The notes beneath the pieces are model-generated. The model saw only the letters and a list, made by a program, of their open reading frames with translations. It did no database searches and had not been told where the DNA came from. From Eledone cirrhosa (lineage: Eukaryota), in the NCBI GenBank assembly GCA_964016885.1, contig OZ024760.1, positions 2,356,001 through 2,420,000 on the forward strand: a DNA stretch of 64,000 nt, read 5' to 3'. Within the stretch, counting starts at the first letter, position 1. Each line of letters begins with the position of its first letter. Shown here one piece after another: positions 12,497 through 25,394 of this stretch. The translations under genes were made by a program, and so were the position numbers.

Positions 12497-13380
12497 CTAA
12501 AGAGGACAGATCCTGAACACTATAGATCTTGCTTGCAGTCTGACCTGGACACAATGCAACAATGGATCTCAGACTGGCAACTCAAGCTAGCTGTGGACAA
12601 GTGCACCACCATGCATTTTGGGAGTAAAAACCCAGCGTCCACATACTCCCTCCACAGCACTAATATGAAGAAGTCTTCCTGTGAACGTGACCTGGGCATT
12701 ACGGTCAGCAGCGATTTGCGTTGGACGAGGCACATCTCTAAAATTGTCAAGAGGGTCGTGGGTGTCTTAGCATCACTCAGCAAGACCTTTGTCAGCCGCT
12801 CTCCAGATATTTATTTAAGGCTGTATACAGCTATGGTGCGACCACACTTAAAATTTGAATCACGAGTCTGGAACCCCTATCTTGCTCAGGACATTGACCG
12901 CCTGGAAACTGTTCAGAGACGTGCAACCAAGCGAATACCCTCCATCAAGCATCTACCATACTCTGAGTGCCTTGCTTCCCTGGGCATGGATTCATTGAAG
13001 CTCCGACGCCTGGCAACTGACTTGGTAAACACCCACAAAATTGTTAACCATGTTGCCAACAACAACCCTGAGTACCTTTTCGATTTCCATGTGTCTAACA
13101 CACGTGGACATGCCCACAAAGTAAGAAAACAGCACAGTTCCCATGACTTTGGGAAACATTTTTTCACGCTCAGAGTTGCTGAAGCATGGAACAAACTACC
13201 TGCATCAGTTGTTAGCTGTCGAGACACTGCATCCTTTAAGGCCTCCATGCTTCCCGAGATCTGCCAACACTACAGCTAACACATACACACATGTACTTCC
13301 CTGACATTTGTGTATTATTCTATGTACTATATTGACGAGTTGTGGTGGACCTGAGCACTTTACACAATAATTTCATTATT
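12497..13380 (+). mobile_element. 5'-truncated CR1/L2-type LINE (RT C-terminal region, ORF 12533-13279)
   Basis: LQSDLDTMQQWISDWQL, ERDLGITVSSDL, LYTAMVRPHL, LETVQRRATK, TRGH, FFTLRVAEAWNKLP; short (ATT) tail. Confidence 0.9.
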
Positions 13381-13645
13381 ATAAATACATATACATGTGT
13401 GTATATATATATATAAACATATACAAGGTGTCCCAAAAATGTATACACACTTTGATTACCTGTTCTGGCAATATTTATTAGAATGCTGTTGAGGTGTGTA
13501 TACACTTTTGGATATATATAAATATATATATATATAAATGTATGTATATACACACACACACACATATATATATATATATGCATATATATATATAATCCCA
13601 TCAGCATCGTTTAATGTCTATTTTCCATGATAGCATAAATATATG

Positions 13646-13680
<35 letters not shown>

Positions 13681-13704
13681 ATGTATATCATCATCATCAT
13701 CATA

Positions 13705-13749
<45 letters not shown>

Positions 13750-13810
13750 ATGAACTTAAAATGATAAGTTCTTGTTTTTGGATATGTCAGTATTTATAAA
13801 ACAATTTTTC

Positions 13811-13871
13811 TATTTTATCTGATGAGAGCGTACCAAAATTTTGGTACCCTTCAAATATATATAATAAAATA
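13811..13871 (+). ncRNA. Decayed type I hammerhead in a (TA)n-flanked element (~13748-13915)
   Basis: TATTTTAT-CTGATGA-GAGCGTACCAAAA/TTTTGGTACCCTT-CAAA-TATATA-TA-ATAAAATA. Stem I is 8 bp and G12 is replaced by C. Sister copy at 61316. Confidence 0.6.
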
Positions 13872-14030
13872 AATATGGTTTTATAAAGATAGTTTCCATG
13901 TATTAATATCATTGATACACACACACACACACATATATATATATACACACACATATATATACACATACAAATATATATATATATATTTATATATACATAT
14001 ATAAACATATATATATATATATATACACAC

Positions 14031-14075
<45 letters not shown>

Positions 14076-14078
14076 TAT

Positions 14079-14119
<41 letters not shown>

Positions 14120-14222
14120 TATATACACATACATATATATATATATATACACATACATATATATATATATATATACACACACATATATACACATACATAT
14201 ATATATATATATATACACACAC

Positions 14223-14287
<65 letters not shown>

Positions 14288-14291
14288 TATA

Positions 14292-14331
<40 letters not shown>

Positions 14332-14721
14332 TATATAAACATATATATATATATATGATAGATATAGATATATACATATAGATATATATATATATAAAAC
14401 TACATGCTGTGTTTGAGAGAGAAACAGAAATTTTTAAATGTTTTAGAACTGGTTTTACTAGATTTCCTCTCAATAAACAAGAACAGATCAGCTTTTAGAT
14501 GAAAGGAAGACTAGATAACAAGTCTAGTATCATTACTGATGTTGTTTGGCCATTAGGATTATTACTTTCGTTTTTATTATACTTATTACTATTATACTTA
14601 GTATTATTATACTTATTATTATTAATATTTTTATTATATCTACATACACATACAAATACATACACATGCACATATCCACACACTTACACACATATGCACA
14701 CACATTATTATTATTATTACT

Positions 14722-15117
14722 AGGGCGGTGGATTGGCAGTATTGGTAGAGGGTCGGACGCCTTGCTTTGACGCATAGAGTTACGGCCCTTGCCATTCTGA
14801 GTTCAAATCCCGCCGAGGTTAACTTTGCCTTTCATCCTTACGGGGTCGATAAAATAAAGTACCAGTAATACACTGGGTAATTGTTGGCCTTGTGCCTAAA
14901 GTAGAAATAATTATTATTATTACTAGGGCGGGGGATTGGCAGTATCAGTAGAGGGTCTGATGCTATGCTTTGCAGCATAGAGTTACGGCCCTTTATGATC
15001 TGAGTTCAAATCCCGCCGAGGTTAACTTTGCCTTTCATCCTTACGAGGTCGATAAAATAGAGTACCAGTAATGCACTGGGGTAATTGCTGGCCTTGTGCC
15101 TAAAGTAGAAACAATTA
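14722..15117 (+). mobile_element. Two tandem family A SINEs in (ATT)n
   Basis: Two copies, each with an A box, a GTTCAAATCC B box, a Nin-like domain and a GCCTTGTGCCTAAAGTAGAAA end. Confidence 0.8.
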
Positions 15118-15399
15118 TTATTATCAATACTATTATTATTATCATTGCAATGGTTGTTTATATTGTGGTTGTGGTTGTTGTTGTTGTGGTGGTGGTGGTG
15201 GTTGTTGTGGTGGTTGTTGTTGTTGTTGTTGTGGTGGTTGTTGTTGTGGTGGTGGTTGTTGTGGTGGTTGTTGTTGTGGTTGTTGTTGTGGTGGTTGTTG
15301 TGGTGGTTGTTGTGGTTGTTGTTGATGTAATATTAAAGTAATGGCTTGCTTTCGGATTTTCGGAGCTAAGAATACATTTGAGAATTATCTATTTATCTG

Positions 15400-16330
15400 T
15401 CAGTGTGTCTGTATATATATGTCACAATCTATGATGTGTAAGTGTATATGTATGTGTGTGTGTGTGTATGTATGTATATGTGTGTGTATGTGTGTGCATG
15501 TGTGAGTATATGTGGATATATATGCACTTATGTTCAGTGTGGCTATATATATGTCACAATCTATGATGTGTAAGTGTATGTATGTGTGTGTAAGTATATG
15601 TATGTATATGTATGTGTACGTGTGTGCATGTGTGAGTATATGTGGATATATATGCACTTATGTTCAATGTGCCTATATATATGTCACAATCTATGATGTG
15701 TAAGTGTATATGTATGTGTGTGTAAGTATATGTATGTATATGTATGTGTACGTGTGTGCATGTGTGAGTATATGTGGATATATATGCACTTATGTTCAAT
15801 GTGCCTATATATATGTCACAATCTATGATGTGTAAGTGTATATGTATGTATATGTGTGTGTGTGTATGTGTGAGTATATGTGGATATATATGCACTTATG
15901 TTCAATGTGCCTATATATATGTCACAATCTATGATGTGTAAGTGTATATGTATGTGTGTGTGTGTATATGTATGTATATGTGTGTGTATGTGTGTGTATG
16001 TGTGAGTATATGTGGATATATATGCACTTATGTTCAATGTGCCTATATATATGTCACAATCTATGATGTGTAAGTGTATATGTATGTGTGTGTGTGTATA
16101 TGTATGTATATGTGTGTGTATGTGTGTGTATGTGTGAGTATATGTGGATATATATGCACTTATGTTCAATGTGCCTATATATATGTCACAATCTATGATG
16201 TGTAAGTGTATGTATGTGTGTGTAAGTGTGTGTGTATTTGTGAGTATATGTGGATATATATACACATATGTTCAGTGTGTCTGTATATATGTCACTATAT
16301 ATGATGTGTAAGTTTATGTGTATGTATATC
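15400..16330. repeat. Tandem ~115-135-bp unit with embedded (TG)/(TATG) microsatellite
   Basis: GTGGATATATATGCACTTATGTTCAATGTGCC...GTCACAATCTATGATGTGTAAG repeated about 7 times. Confidence 0.85.
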
Positions 16331-16465
16331 TATGTAAGTGTGTGTATGTGTGTGTATTTGTGAGTGTATGTGGATATATATACACACATATATATATACA
16401 TACATATATGCATGTATGTTTATGACTATTGATCCAACCAATGCCAACATGATGAAACAAAGGAA

Positions 16466-16498
<33 letters not shown>

Positions 16499-16710
16499 CA
16501 TATACATACATACATACATGCATACATATATATATATATATACATACATTCATACATACATACATATATTCATACATACATATATATATATATATATATG
16601 TATACATACATACATATATTCATACATACATATATATATATATATATATGTATACATACATGCATACATATATATATATATACATACATTCATACATACA
16701 TACATATATT

Positions 16711-16776
<66 letters not shown>

Positions 16777-16954
16777 CATATATATATACATACACACACA
16801 CATGTAAACATATACATGTACTTTTATATATACACACATACATACAAGCATTGCACATATACATGCATGCATACACACATATATATATACATACATATAC
16901 ACATGTATGCTTACATACATAAATGCATACATACAAACATACCTATACTTTATG

Positions 16955-17003
<49 letters not shown>

Positions 17004-17059
17004 ATAAAGTATAGGTATCTTTGTATGTATGCATTTATATATATATATATTTATATATA

Positions 17060-17090
<31 letters not shown>

Positions 17091-17460
17091 CATACACATA
17101 CATAAAGTATAGGTATGTTTGTATGTATGTATGCATTTATGTATGTAAGCATACATGTGTGTATGTGTGTATGCATGTTTGTATGCATGCATGTATATGT
17201 GCAATGCTTGTATGTATGTGTGTATGTATACACAAATAGATTAGATAATGTAAAGAATAATGGAATAAGGAAGAAGGTAGGAGGTGAAGGAGGAGGAGAA
17301 GAAGAAGAAAACACATGTAAGAAGATTGGTAATAGTGGGAGGAAGGGGAGGGGAGAGGAAGAGTTGACAGCAATTGGATTGTGGAGACAATGTACTAGTG
17401 GAGAAAATTAACTTGTGATATATATATATATATATATATTTATATGTGTGTATGTATGTA

Positions 17461-17495
<35 letters not shown>

Positions 17496-17689
17496 TTATA
17501 TATGTGTGTATATATATATATATATTATATATATAGACAGACACAACATTACTCCAGAGTAAACAGACCCATCTGCACACTTCGTTGAGTGCTCTACCCT
17601 GCATACTGAACTGTCGGTAAACAACCAACACATACTCAAAGTTAAATATATATGTTTATGCATTTGCATACATATATATATATATATGC

Positions 17690-17721
<32 letters not shown>

Positions 17722-17965
17722 TTGTGTATATTCATATATGTGTGTATATATATGTGTGTATATATATATATATATATAAATATATATATAAATATGCATA
17801 TATATATATATATATTTGTGTGTGTGTGTTTGTGTATATACATATATATGTGCATATATATATATATATATATCCTTGCTCGCAGGGACAGCGGACGTTA
17901 AATGATGATGATGATGATGATGATACATATATACATATATATGTATATATGCGTATATATACATA

Positions 17966-18044
<79 letters not shown>

Positions 18045-18250
18045 GCACGCATATATATATGCGTATCTGCATGTTTGTTATTTCTTAATATATACAGTCT
18101 GACTGTGCATCAATTGCTCATTCTGGTTTCACCACCAGTAATTCACTAAATCTTATATATTCAATAATGCCACTTTGATGAATCAAAGAAAAAGGGAAAA
18201 AAATGAAAAAAATGACCCTTAAATATATTTTTAGTGCTATTTCCAATCTC

Positions 18251-18341
<91 letters not shown>

Positions 18342-18344
<3 letters not shown>

Positions 18345-18524
18345 GGAGGTGAGTTTTATTGTAGTACAATAAAGCAATGCAGATATCAGATAAGAAGCAC
18401 TCTACAGTTTGTGGGACTGGAGTATACATAATATATAAGAACAAAAGATGGTTAAAGGAGTTCTATGTATTTTTGAAATGCGCATAATAAAATACATGGA
18501 ACTCCTTTAACCATCTTTTGTTCT

Positions 18525-18535
<11 letters not shown>
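18342..18535. mobile_element. Fold-back PLE-like element in (TA)n
   Basis: Arms TAATATATAAGAACAAAAGATGGTTAAAGGAGTTC.. and ..GAACTCCTTTAACCATCTTTTGTTCTTATATATTA. The loop holds GAAA-TGCGCA-TA, a palindromic stem III half-site. Confidence 0.55.
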
Positions 18536-18556
<21 letters not shown>

Positions 18557-18558
<2 letters not shown>

Positions 18559-19260
18559 TCCTTAACACAAGTATCATGTATATGTATATCATATATGTGT
18601 GTGTATATATATCATATATGTGTATGTATATACATCATATATGTGTGTGTATATACATCATATATGTGTGTATATATATCATATATGTGTGTGTATATAC
18701 ATCATATATGTGTGTATATATATCATATATGTGTGTGTATATATAATAGGAAATACTTCTTAACACAAGTATCATGTATATGTATATCATATATGTGTGT
18801 GTATATATATGATATATGTGTGTGTATATACATCATATATGTGTGTGTATATATCATATATGTGTGTGTATATATATCATATATGTGTGTGTGTATACAT
18901 CATATATGTGTGTATATATATCATATATGTGTGTGTATATATAATAGGAAATACTCCTTAACACAAGTATCATGTATATGTATATCATATATGTGTGTGT
19001 ATATATATCATATATGTGTGTGTATATACATCATATATGTGTGTATATATATCATATATGTGTGTGTATATATAATAGGAAATACTCCTTAACACAAGTA
19101 TCATGTATATGTATATCATATATGTGTGTGTATATATATCATATATGTGTGTGTATATACATCATATATGTGTGTATATATATCATATATGTGTGTGTAT
19201 ATATAATAGGAAATACTCCTTAACACAAGTATCATGTATATGTATATCATATATGTGTGT
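18557..19260. repeat. Tandem amplification of the hairpin arm ACTCCTTAACACAAGTATCATG with CATATATGTG repeats
   Basis: Five copies; the last is mirrored at 19270-19333. Confidence 0.8.
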
Positions 19261-19423
19261 GTATATATATATACACACACACATATATGATATACATATA
19301 CATGATACTTGTGTTAAGGAGTATTTCCTATTATGACAGTGCATTGTTTGTTAAATGTAAACAAAACATTTCCAGTACGGTATGTTGTTAGATGAAATGA
19401 TTTTGTTGAGGTATCTATATCTT

Positions 19424-19471
19424 ATTTAACTCTGACAAATTCTATTAGGATGAAACATATGTAAATTAAAT
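19424..19471 (+). ncRNA. Type I minimal hammerhead (G8 to A)
   Basis: ATTTAACT-CTGACAA-ATTCT att AGGAT-GAAA-CATATG-TA-AATTAAAT, with palindromic stem III ACATATGT. Confidence 0.6.
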
Positions 19472-20149
19472 TATGATATAATTAACAGTGATTGGTACTA
19501 TATTTAATGTAAAATTTGCTCTACATGTGTAGATAAACTTGCATATTAGGAATTAATATATATATGGTGCAATAAGTAGCAGCAAGTGCCCACAAAATAC
19601 TAGCTGTTTCAATTGCGCAGATGGTACTATAGAAATAGCGGACAGCTTCCGTTACCTGGGTGACAAAACCGCCGTCCCACCACCCCCGTCCCATCCACAC
19701 CGCCCCTTTCAATGTAAAGTTATGTTGGTGCCACAACATCCAGGCCGAAACAAATGAGATCGTGTAGGTCTCACGACAAAAAACACACAGTCCACGCTGT
19801 AATGTGGCCGTGTAGGTAACACGGTAAAAACCTCCCAGCCCCACACTGTAAATGTGGTTGGTGTTAGGAAGGGCATCCAGCTGTAGAAAACCCGCCAGAC
19901 AGTCCTATGCGAGCAAGACAACCACTCTTGCCTCAAGTGGGAAAACTCCCGTCCAAACCCATGCAAGCGTGGAACATGGACGTTAAACGATGATGATGAT
20001 GATGATGATATATATTTTAAATTTTATGTAACCTTATACACAGTTTATTGTAATAAATATTGTATTTTCGTGCTGATATAACTTTTTCACCTACATCTTT
20101 TTATGTAACTATATATATGTATGTGTGTGTGTGTGTGCGCATATATAAC

Positions 20150-20420
20150 AGAGAATTTTAAGACTGGCTACCCATGGGAACTCCTATACGTGGATGATCT
20201 TACACTGAAAGCGGAGTCTATGGTGGAACTAGAGAAAAAAATTCCAAACATGGAAGCAGTGCCTAGAAGCAAGGGGTCTTAAAGTCAACCTGGAAAAGAC
20301 TAAGGTCCTAGTAAGTAAAAGAGAAAACAGAACCTTGATCTCCTCAGAGAAAACAGAACCTTGATCTCCTCAGAGAAAAGACCTTGCTTGCGTAGGGAAG
20401 GTGTAGGTAGGAATTCCATT
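20150..20420 (+). pseudogene. RTE-clade reverse transcriptase fragment, frameshifted
   Basis: Manual translation gives PWELLYVDDLTLKAES..FQTWKQCLEARGLKVNLEKTKVLV. Confidence 0.75.
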
Positions 20421-20594
20421 CTTTTTCCCAAATGCAAAATATTGGTACAATAATATATAATGCTTCGGATTGCAGCATTTTTACAGGCCATTGAGCACTT
20501 CTTTTTATCTACTTCACAGACCATAATGTGGTCCACATATCCCTGTTCGGTTACCCCATATTCTAATATATATATTTACATATATATTTGTGTA

Positions 20595-20627
<33 letters not shown>

Positions 20628-20766
20628 CACAAAAGCTTAAAGCACGGGTATCGCTTGATATGTGACATTCTTTTGCGATGTATGACATTGTTGGCCATAG
20701 GCAAGTTCCTAACAAGACTAAAAGGCCACGACCATAATGCTCATGCTTAAGTATCAAGTGATAACA

Positions 20767-21369
20767 TTGGATTGGCAGTATCGGTAGAGGGTCGGACGCC
20801 ATGCTTTGACGCATAGAGTTACGGCCCTTGCCATTCTGAGTTCAAATCCCGCCGAGGTTAACTTTGCCTTTCCTCCTTACGGGGTCGATAAAATAAAGTA
20901 CCAGTAATGCACTGGGATAATTGCTGGCCTTGTACCAAAAGTAGAAACAATTATATATATATAGCATTATATATATATATATAAGGGCGGTGGATTGGCA
21001 GTATCAGTAGAGGGTCGGACGCCATGCTTTCCAGCATAGTTACGTCCCTTTACGATCTGAGTTCAAATCCCGCCGAGGTTGACTTTGCCTTTCATCCTTA
21101 CGGGGTCGATAAAATAAAGTACCAGTAATGCCCTGGGTAATTGCTGGCCTTGTGTCAAAAGTAGAAACTATTATATATATATAGCATTATATATATATAT
21201 ATATATGGCGGTGGATTGGCAGCATTGGTAGGAGGACGGACGCCATGCTTTGTAACATAGAGTTACGTCCCTTTAGAGTCTGAGGTCAAATCCTGCCGAA
21301 GGTCGATAAAATAAAGTACCAGTAATGCACTGGGGTAATATCTGGCCTTGTGCCAAAAGAAGAAACAAT
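20767..21369 (+). mobile_element. Three tandem family A SINEs
   Basis: Three copies separated by TATATATAGCATTATATA spacers. Confidence 0.8.
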
Positions 21370-21399
21370 TACATATATATAGCAGTAACAATGTTAGAA

Positions 21400-22367
21400 G
21401 TGATGACAGTAGCAATGGTGATGGTGGTGAGGATGGTGGTGGTGGTGGTGGTGAGGATGGTGGTGGTGGTGGTGGTGAGGGTGGTGGTGGTGGTGGTGAG
21501 GATGGTGATGGTGGTGGTGGTGGTGTTGATGATAGTGATGATGGTGAGGATGATAGTGATGATGGTGAGGATGGTGGTGTTGATGATAGTGATGGTGGTG
21601 GTGGTGAGGATGGTGGTGGTGGTGGTGAGGATGGTGGTGTTGATGATAGTGATGGTGGTGGTGGTGTTGATGATAGTGATGGTGGTGGTGGTGAGGATGG
21701 TGGTGGTGGTGGTGGTGGTGAGGATGGTGGTGTTGATGATAGTGAGGATGGTGGTGGTGTTCATGATAGTGATGGTGGTGGTGTTCATGATAGTGATGGT
21801 GGTGGTGGTGGTGGTGTGGATAGTGATGGTGGTGGTGGTGTTGATGATAGTGATGATAGTGATGGTGGTGTTGATGATAGTGATGGTGGTGGTGATGATA
21901 GTGGTGATGGTGAGGATGGTGGTGGTGATGATAGTGATGGTGGTGGTGGTGTTGATGATAGTGGTGGTGGTGGTGGTGTTGATAGTGATGGTGGTGTTGA
22001 TGATAGTGATGATAGTGATGGTGGTGTTGATGATAGTGATGGTGGTGTTGATGATAGTGATGGTGGTGGTGATGATAGTGGTGATGGTGAGGATGGTGGT
22101 GGTGATGATAGTGATGGTGGTGGTGGTGTTGATGATAGTGGTGGTGGTGGTGTTGATGATAGTGATGGTGGTGTTGATGATAGTGATGATAGTGATGGTG
22201 GTGTTGATGATAGTGATGGTGGTGTTGATGATAGTGATGGTGGTGGTGGTGGTGGTGGTGTTGATGATAGTGGTGGTGGTGGTGGTGGTGGTGGTGGTGG
22301 TTATGGTGTTGATGATAGTGGTAGTGGTGGTGGTGTTGATGATAGTGGTGGTGGTGGTGGTGGTGGT
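21400..22367. repeat. (GGT/GAT)n compound low-complexity tract
   Basis: Read directly. Confidence 0.9.
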
Positions 22368-22699
22368 TAGTAATGAGGAAGTTAGTTGTATTACTAAATC
22401 CCTTTAGATTCCAGATTATTTTCAAAATGCATTGAAAGATCACAGATAGTGAATTTCAGATGAAATACAATGATGAAAGAGTTAAATTGTATAACATTTC
22501 TTTAACAACCTTCTACCTTAATTTTATATGAGAACCTTTGGGTGTACATGTGTGTGTATTTTTACAATATCGACCCCTAGACCTCTTGCCTTTCTCTACC
22601 ACACTTTACCCCTATCACACTGTACCTCTACCACACTGTACCCCTTACCATACTGTACCTCTACCACACTGTACCCCTACCACACTGTACCCCTATCCA

Positions 22700-24272
22700 C
22701 TACTGGTCAGCTTGCAACAAGATGGATCGAGTTTGGCACTCAAATCTTTCCAACCACACCAAAATCAGACTCTTCCAAGTAACAATTCAACCAGTCTTAC
22801 TATATGGAAGTGAAACATGGACACTTTCATCCAAACAACAAAAGCACCTTGATGGCACCTACACTCGCCTGCTTCAATGTATTCAGAACATAAGCTGGTG
22901 ACATCTGACTTTGAAAGTAATATATGCCGGCCTCCCACGCAGATCTGTTGTTGTACGTAAAAGGAGAGTAGGATTTGCTGGCCACTGCCATCGTGCCACC
23001 TATGAGGCTGAGTCCCCATTAGTGCTTTGGAAACCACAAGCAGCAACTAATAACAGGGGCCACAAGCTCTTCTATCCCGATTTGCTGGCCACTGCCATCG
23101 TGCCACCTATGAGGCTGTGTCCCCATTAGTGCTTTGGAAACCACAAGCAGCAACAAATAACAGGGGCCACAAGCTCTTCTATCCCGATTTGCTGGCCACT
23201 GCCATCGTGCCACCTACGAGGCTGTGTCCCCATCAGTGCTTTGGAAACCACAAGCAGTAACTAATAACAGGGGCCACAAGCTCTTCTATCCCGATTTTCT
23301 GGCCACTGCCATCATGCCACCTACGAGGCTGTGTCCCCATTAGTGCTTTGGAAACCACAAGCAGCAACTAATAACAGGGGCCACAAGCTCTTCTATCCCG
23401 ATTTGCTGGCCACTGCCATCGTGCCACCTACGAGGCTGTGTCCCCATTAGTGCTTTGGAAACCACAAGCAGCAACTAATAACAGGGGCCACAAGCTCTTC
23501 TATCCCAATTTGCTGGCCACTGCCATCGTGCCACCTATGAGGCTGTGTCCCCATCAGTGCTTTGGAAACCACAAGCAGTAACTAATAACAGGGTCCACAA
23601 GCTCTTCTATCCCGATTTGCTGGCCACTGCCATCGTGCCACCTACGAGGCTGTGTCCCCATTAGTGCTTTGGAAACCACAAGCAGTAACTAATAACAGGG
23701 GCCACAAGCTCTCCTATCCCGATTTGCTGGCCACTGCCATCATGCCACCTATGAGGCTGTGTCCTCATCAGTGCTTTGGAAACGACAAGCAGTCACTAAT
23801 AACAGGGGCCACAAGCTCTCCTATCCCGATTTGCTGGCCACTGCCATCGTGCCACCTACGAGGCTGTGTCCCCATTAGTGCTTTGGAAACCACAAGCAGC
23901 AACTAATAACAGGGGCCACAAGCTCTTCTATCCCAATTTGCTGGCCACTGCCATCGTGCCACCTATGAGGCTGTGTCCCCATCAGTGCTTTGGAAACCAC
24001 AAGCAGTCACTAATAACAGGGGCCACAAGCTCTTCTATCCCGATTTGCTGGCCACTGCCATCGTGCCACCTATGAGGCTGTGTCCACATTAGTGCTTTGG
24101 AAACCACAAGCAGTCACTAATAACAGGGGCCACAAGCTCTCCTATCCCGATGTCATCTCCAGAGATTCTGGTATTGAAATCCAGGACTTGGCAGCGACAA
24201 TGAACGACAGACCCACGTGGAGATCAATTGTTGAGTTGATTTCAGCTGAGGCTGCTGAATAATGATGATGAT
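22700..24272 (+). mobile_element. RTE-like LINE 3' fragment with an internal 107-bp tandem array
   Basis: Translates to RVGFAGHCHRA..LVLWKP..YPDVISRDSG..LAATMNDRPTWRSIV, with a (TGA)n tail. About 11 units of 107 bp span 22972-24150. Confidence 0.8.
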
Positions 24273-24607
24273 TCACTACAGAGGACATTTTTATTGTTAC
24301 TTTAATTTTGTTATCATTATTTGAGAGGGTCGGACGCCATGCTTTGACGCATAGAGTTAAGGCCCTTGCCATTCTGAGTTCAAATCCCGCCGAGGTTAAC
24401 TTTGCTTTTCATCCTTACGGGGTCGATACAATAAAGTACCAGTAATACACTGGGTATTGCTGGCCTTGTGCCTAACGTAGAAACAATTATTTGCTATATG
24501 TTATTATGGATATATAAATATACCTAATATATATAATTTCTTATTTATAGCAAGTAAAAAGTTTGTTATTTGATTTCAAAATTTATTATCATTACATACT
24601 CTTATCT

Positions 24608-25394
24608 TTAACCCCTTAGCCTTTATATTACACTACTATTATATTTCATGGTAAAGGCTTTATGTTATATAATTATCTCACATAATATGGAATCTATGAG
24701 ATTTTGATGATATTATTTATTTTGAGAAATACCTTAATGTCAGTATGTGTGGCTGGTTATGAACAGAAAGAGATGAGAGTATTTTGGCCGGATATAATAA
24801 TAATAATAATGAAATATTGTGTACAGTGCTCAGGTGCACTACAACTCATCAAAAAGTGTATGTATAGTACATAGGGTAATGTACAAACATCAGGAAAATG
24901 AACAGTGCATGAGTCATGATACACACGTGTGCATGTGTATGGAAGGGGTACATCAGGTGTAGTTTTGGCGTATTTCGGGAAGCATGAGTGTCTTAAAGGC
25001 AGCTAACAACTGACGCAGGCAGTTTGTTCCATGCTTCAGCAACTCTGAGCATGAAAAAATGTCTACGAAAGTCATGGGAGCTGTGCTGTTTTCTGATTTT
25101 GTACGCATGTCCACGTGTGTTAGACACATGGAGATCAAAAAGGTGCTCAGGGTTGCAATTGGCGAGATGGTTAATAACTTTGTGGGTATTTACCAAGTAC
25201 ATTGTCAGACGTCGGAGCTTCAATGAATCCATGCCCAGGGAAGCAAGGCGTTCAGAGTATGGTAGGTGTCTGATGGAGGGTATGCGCTTGGTTGCGCGTC
25301 TCTGAACAGTTTCCAGGAGGTCAATGTTCTGAGCAAGATAGGGGTTCCAGACTGGAATTCAGTATTATGGCTAGTTTAAATGCTAAAGGGTTAA
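24608..25394 (-). mobile_element. piggyBac-like MITE interrupted by a CR1/L2 fragment
   Basis: Ends TTAA-CCCCTTAGC ... GCTAAAGGG-TTAA. Confidence 0.65.
24795..25355 (-). mobile_element. CR1/L2-type LINE 3' fragment
   Basis: Homologous to 12870-13380 (MDSLKLRR..TRGHAYKIRKQH..AWNKLPASVV); (ATT)n tail at 24795. Confidence 0.9.

Noticed and set aside
13422-13515. Tc1-like miniature element (CAAGGTGTCCCAAAAATGTATACAC)
   Set aside because: The right terminal repeat is incomplete and there is only one copy; too weak to list as a feature.
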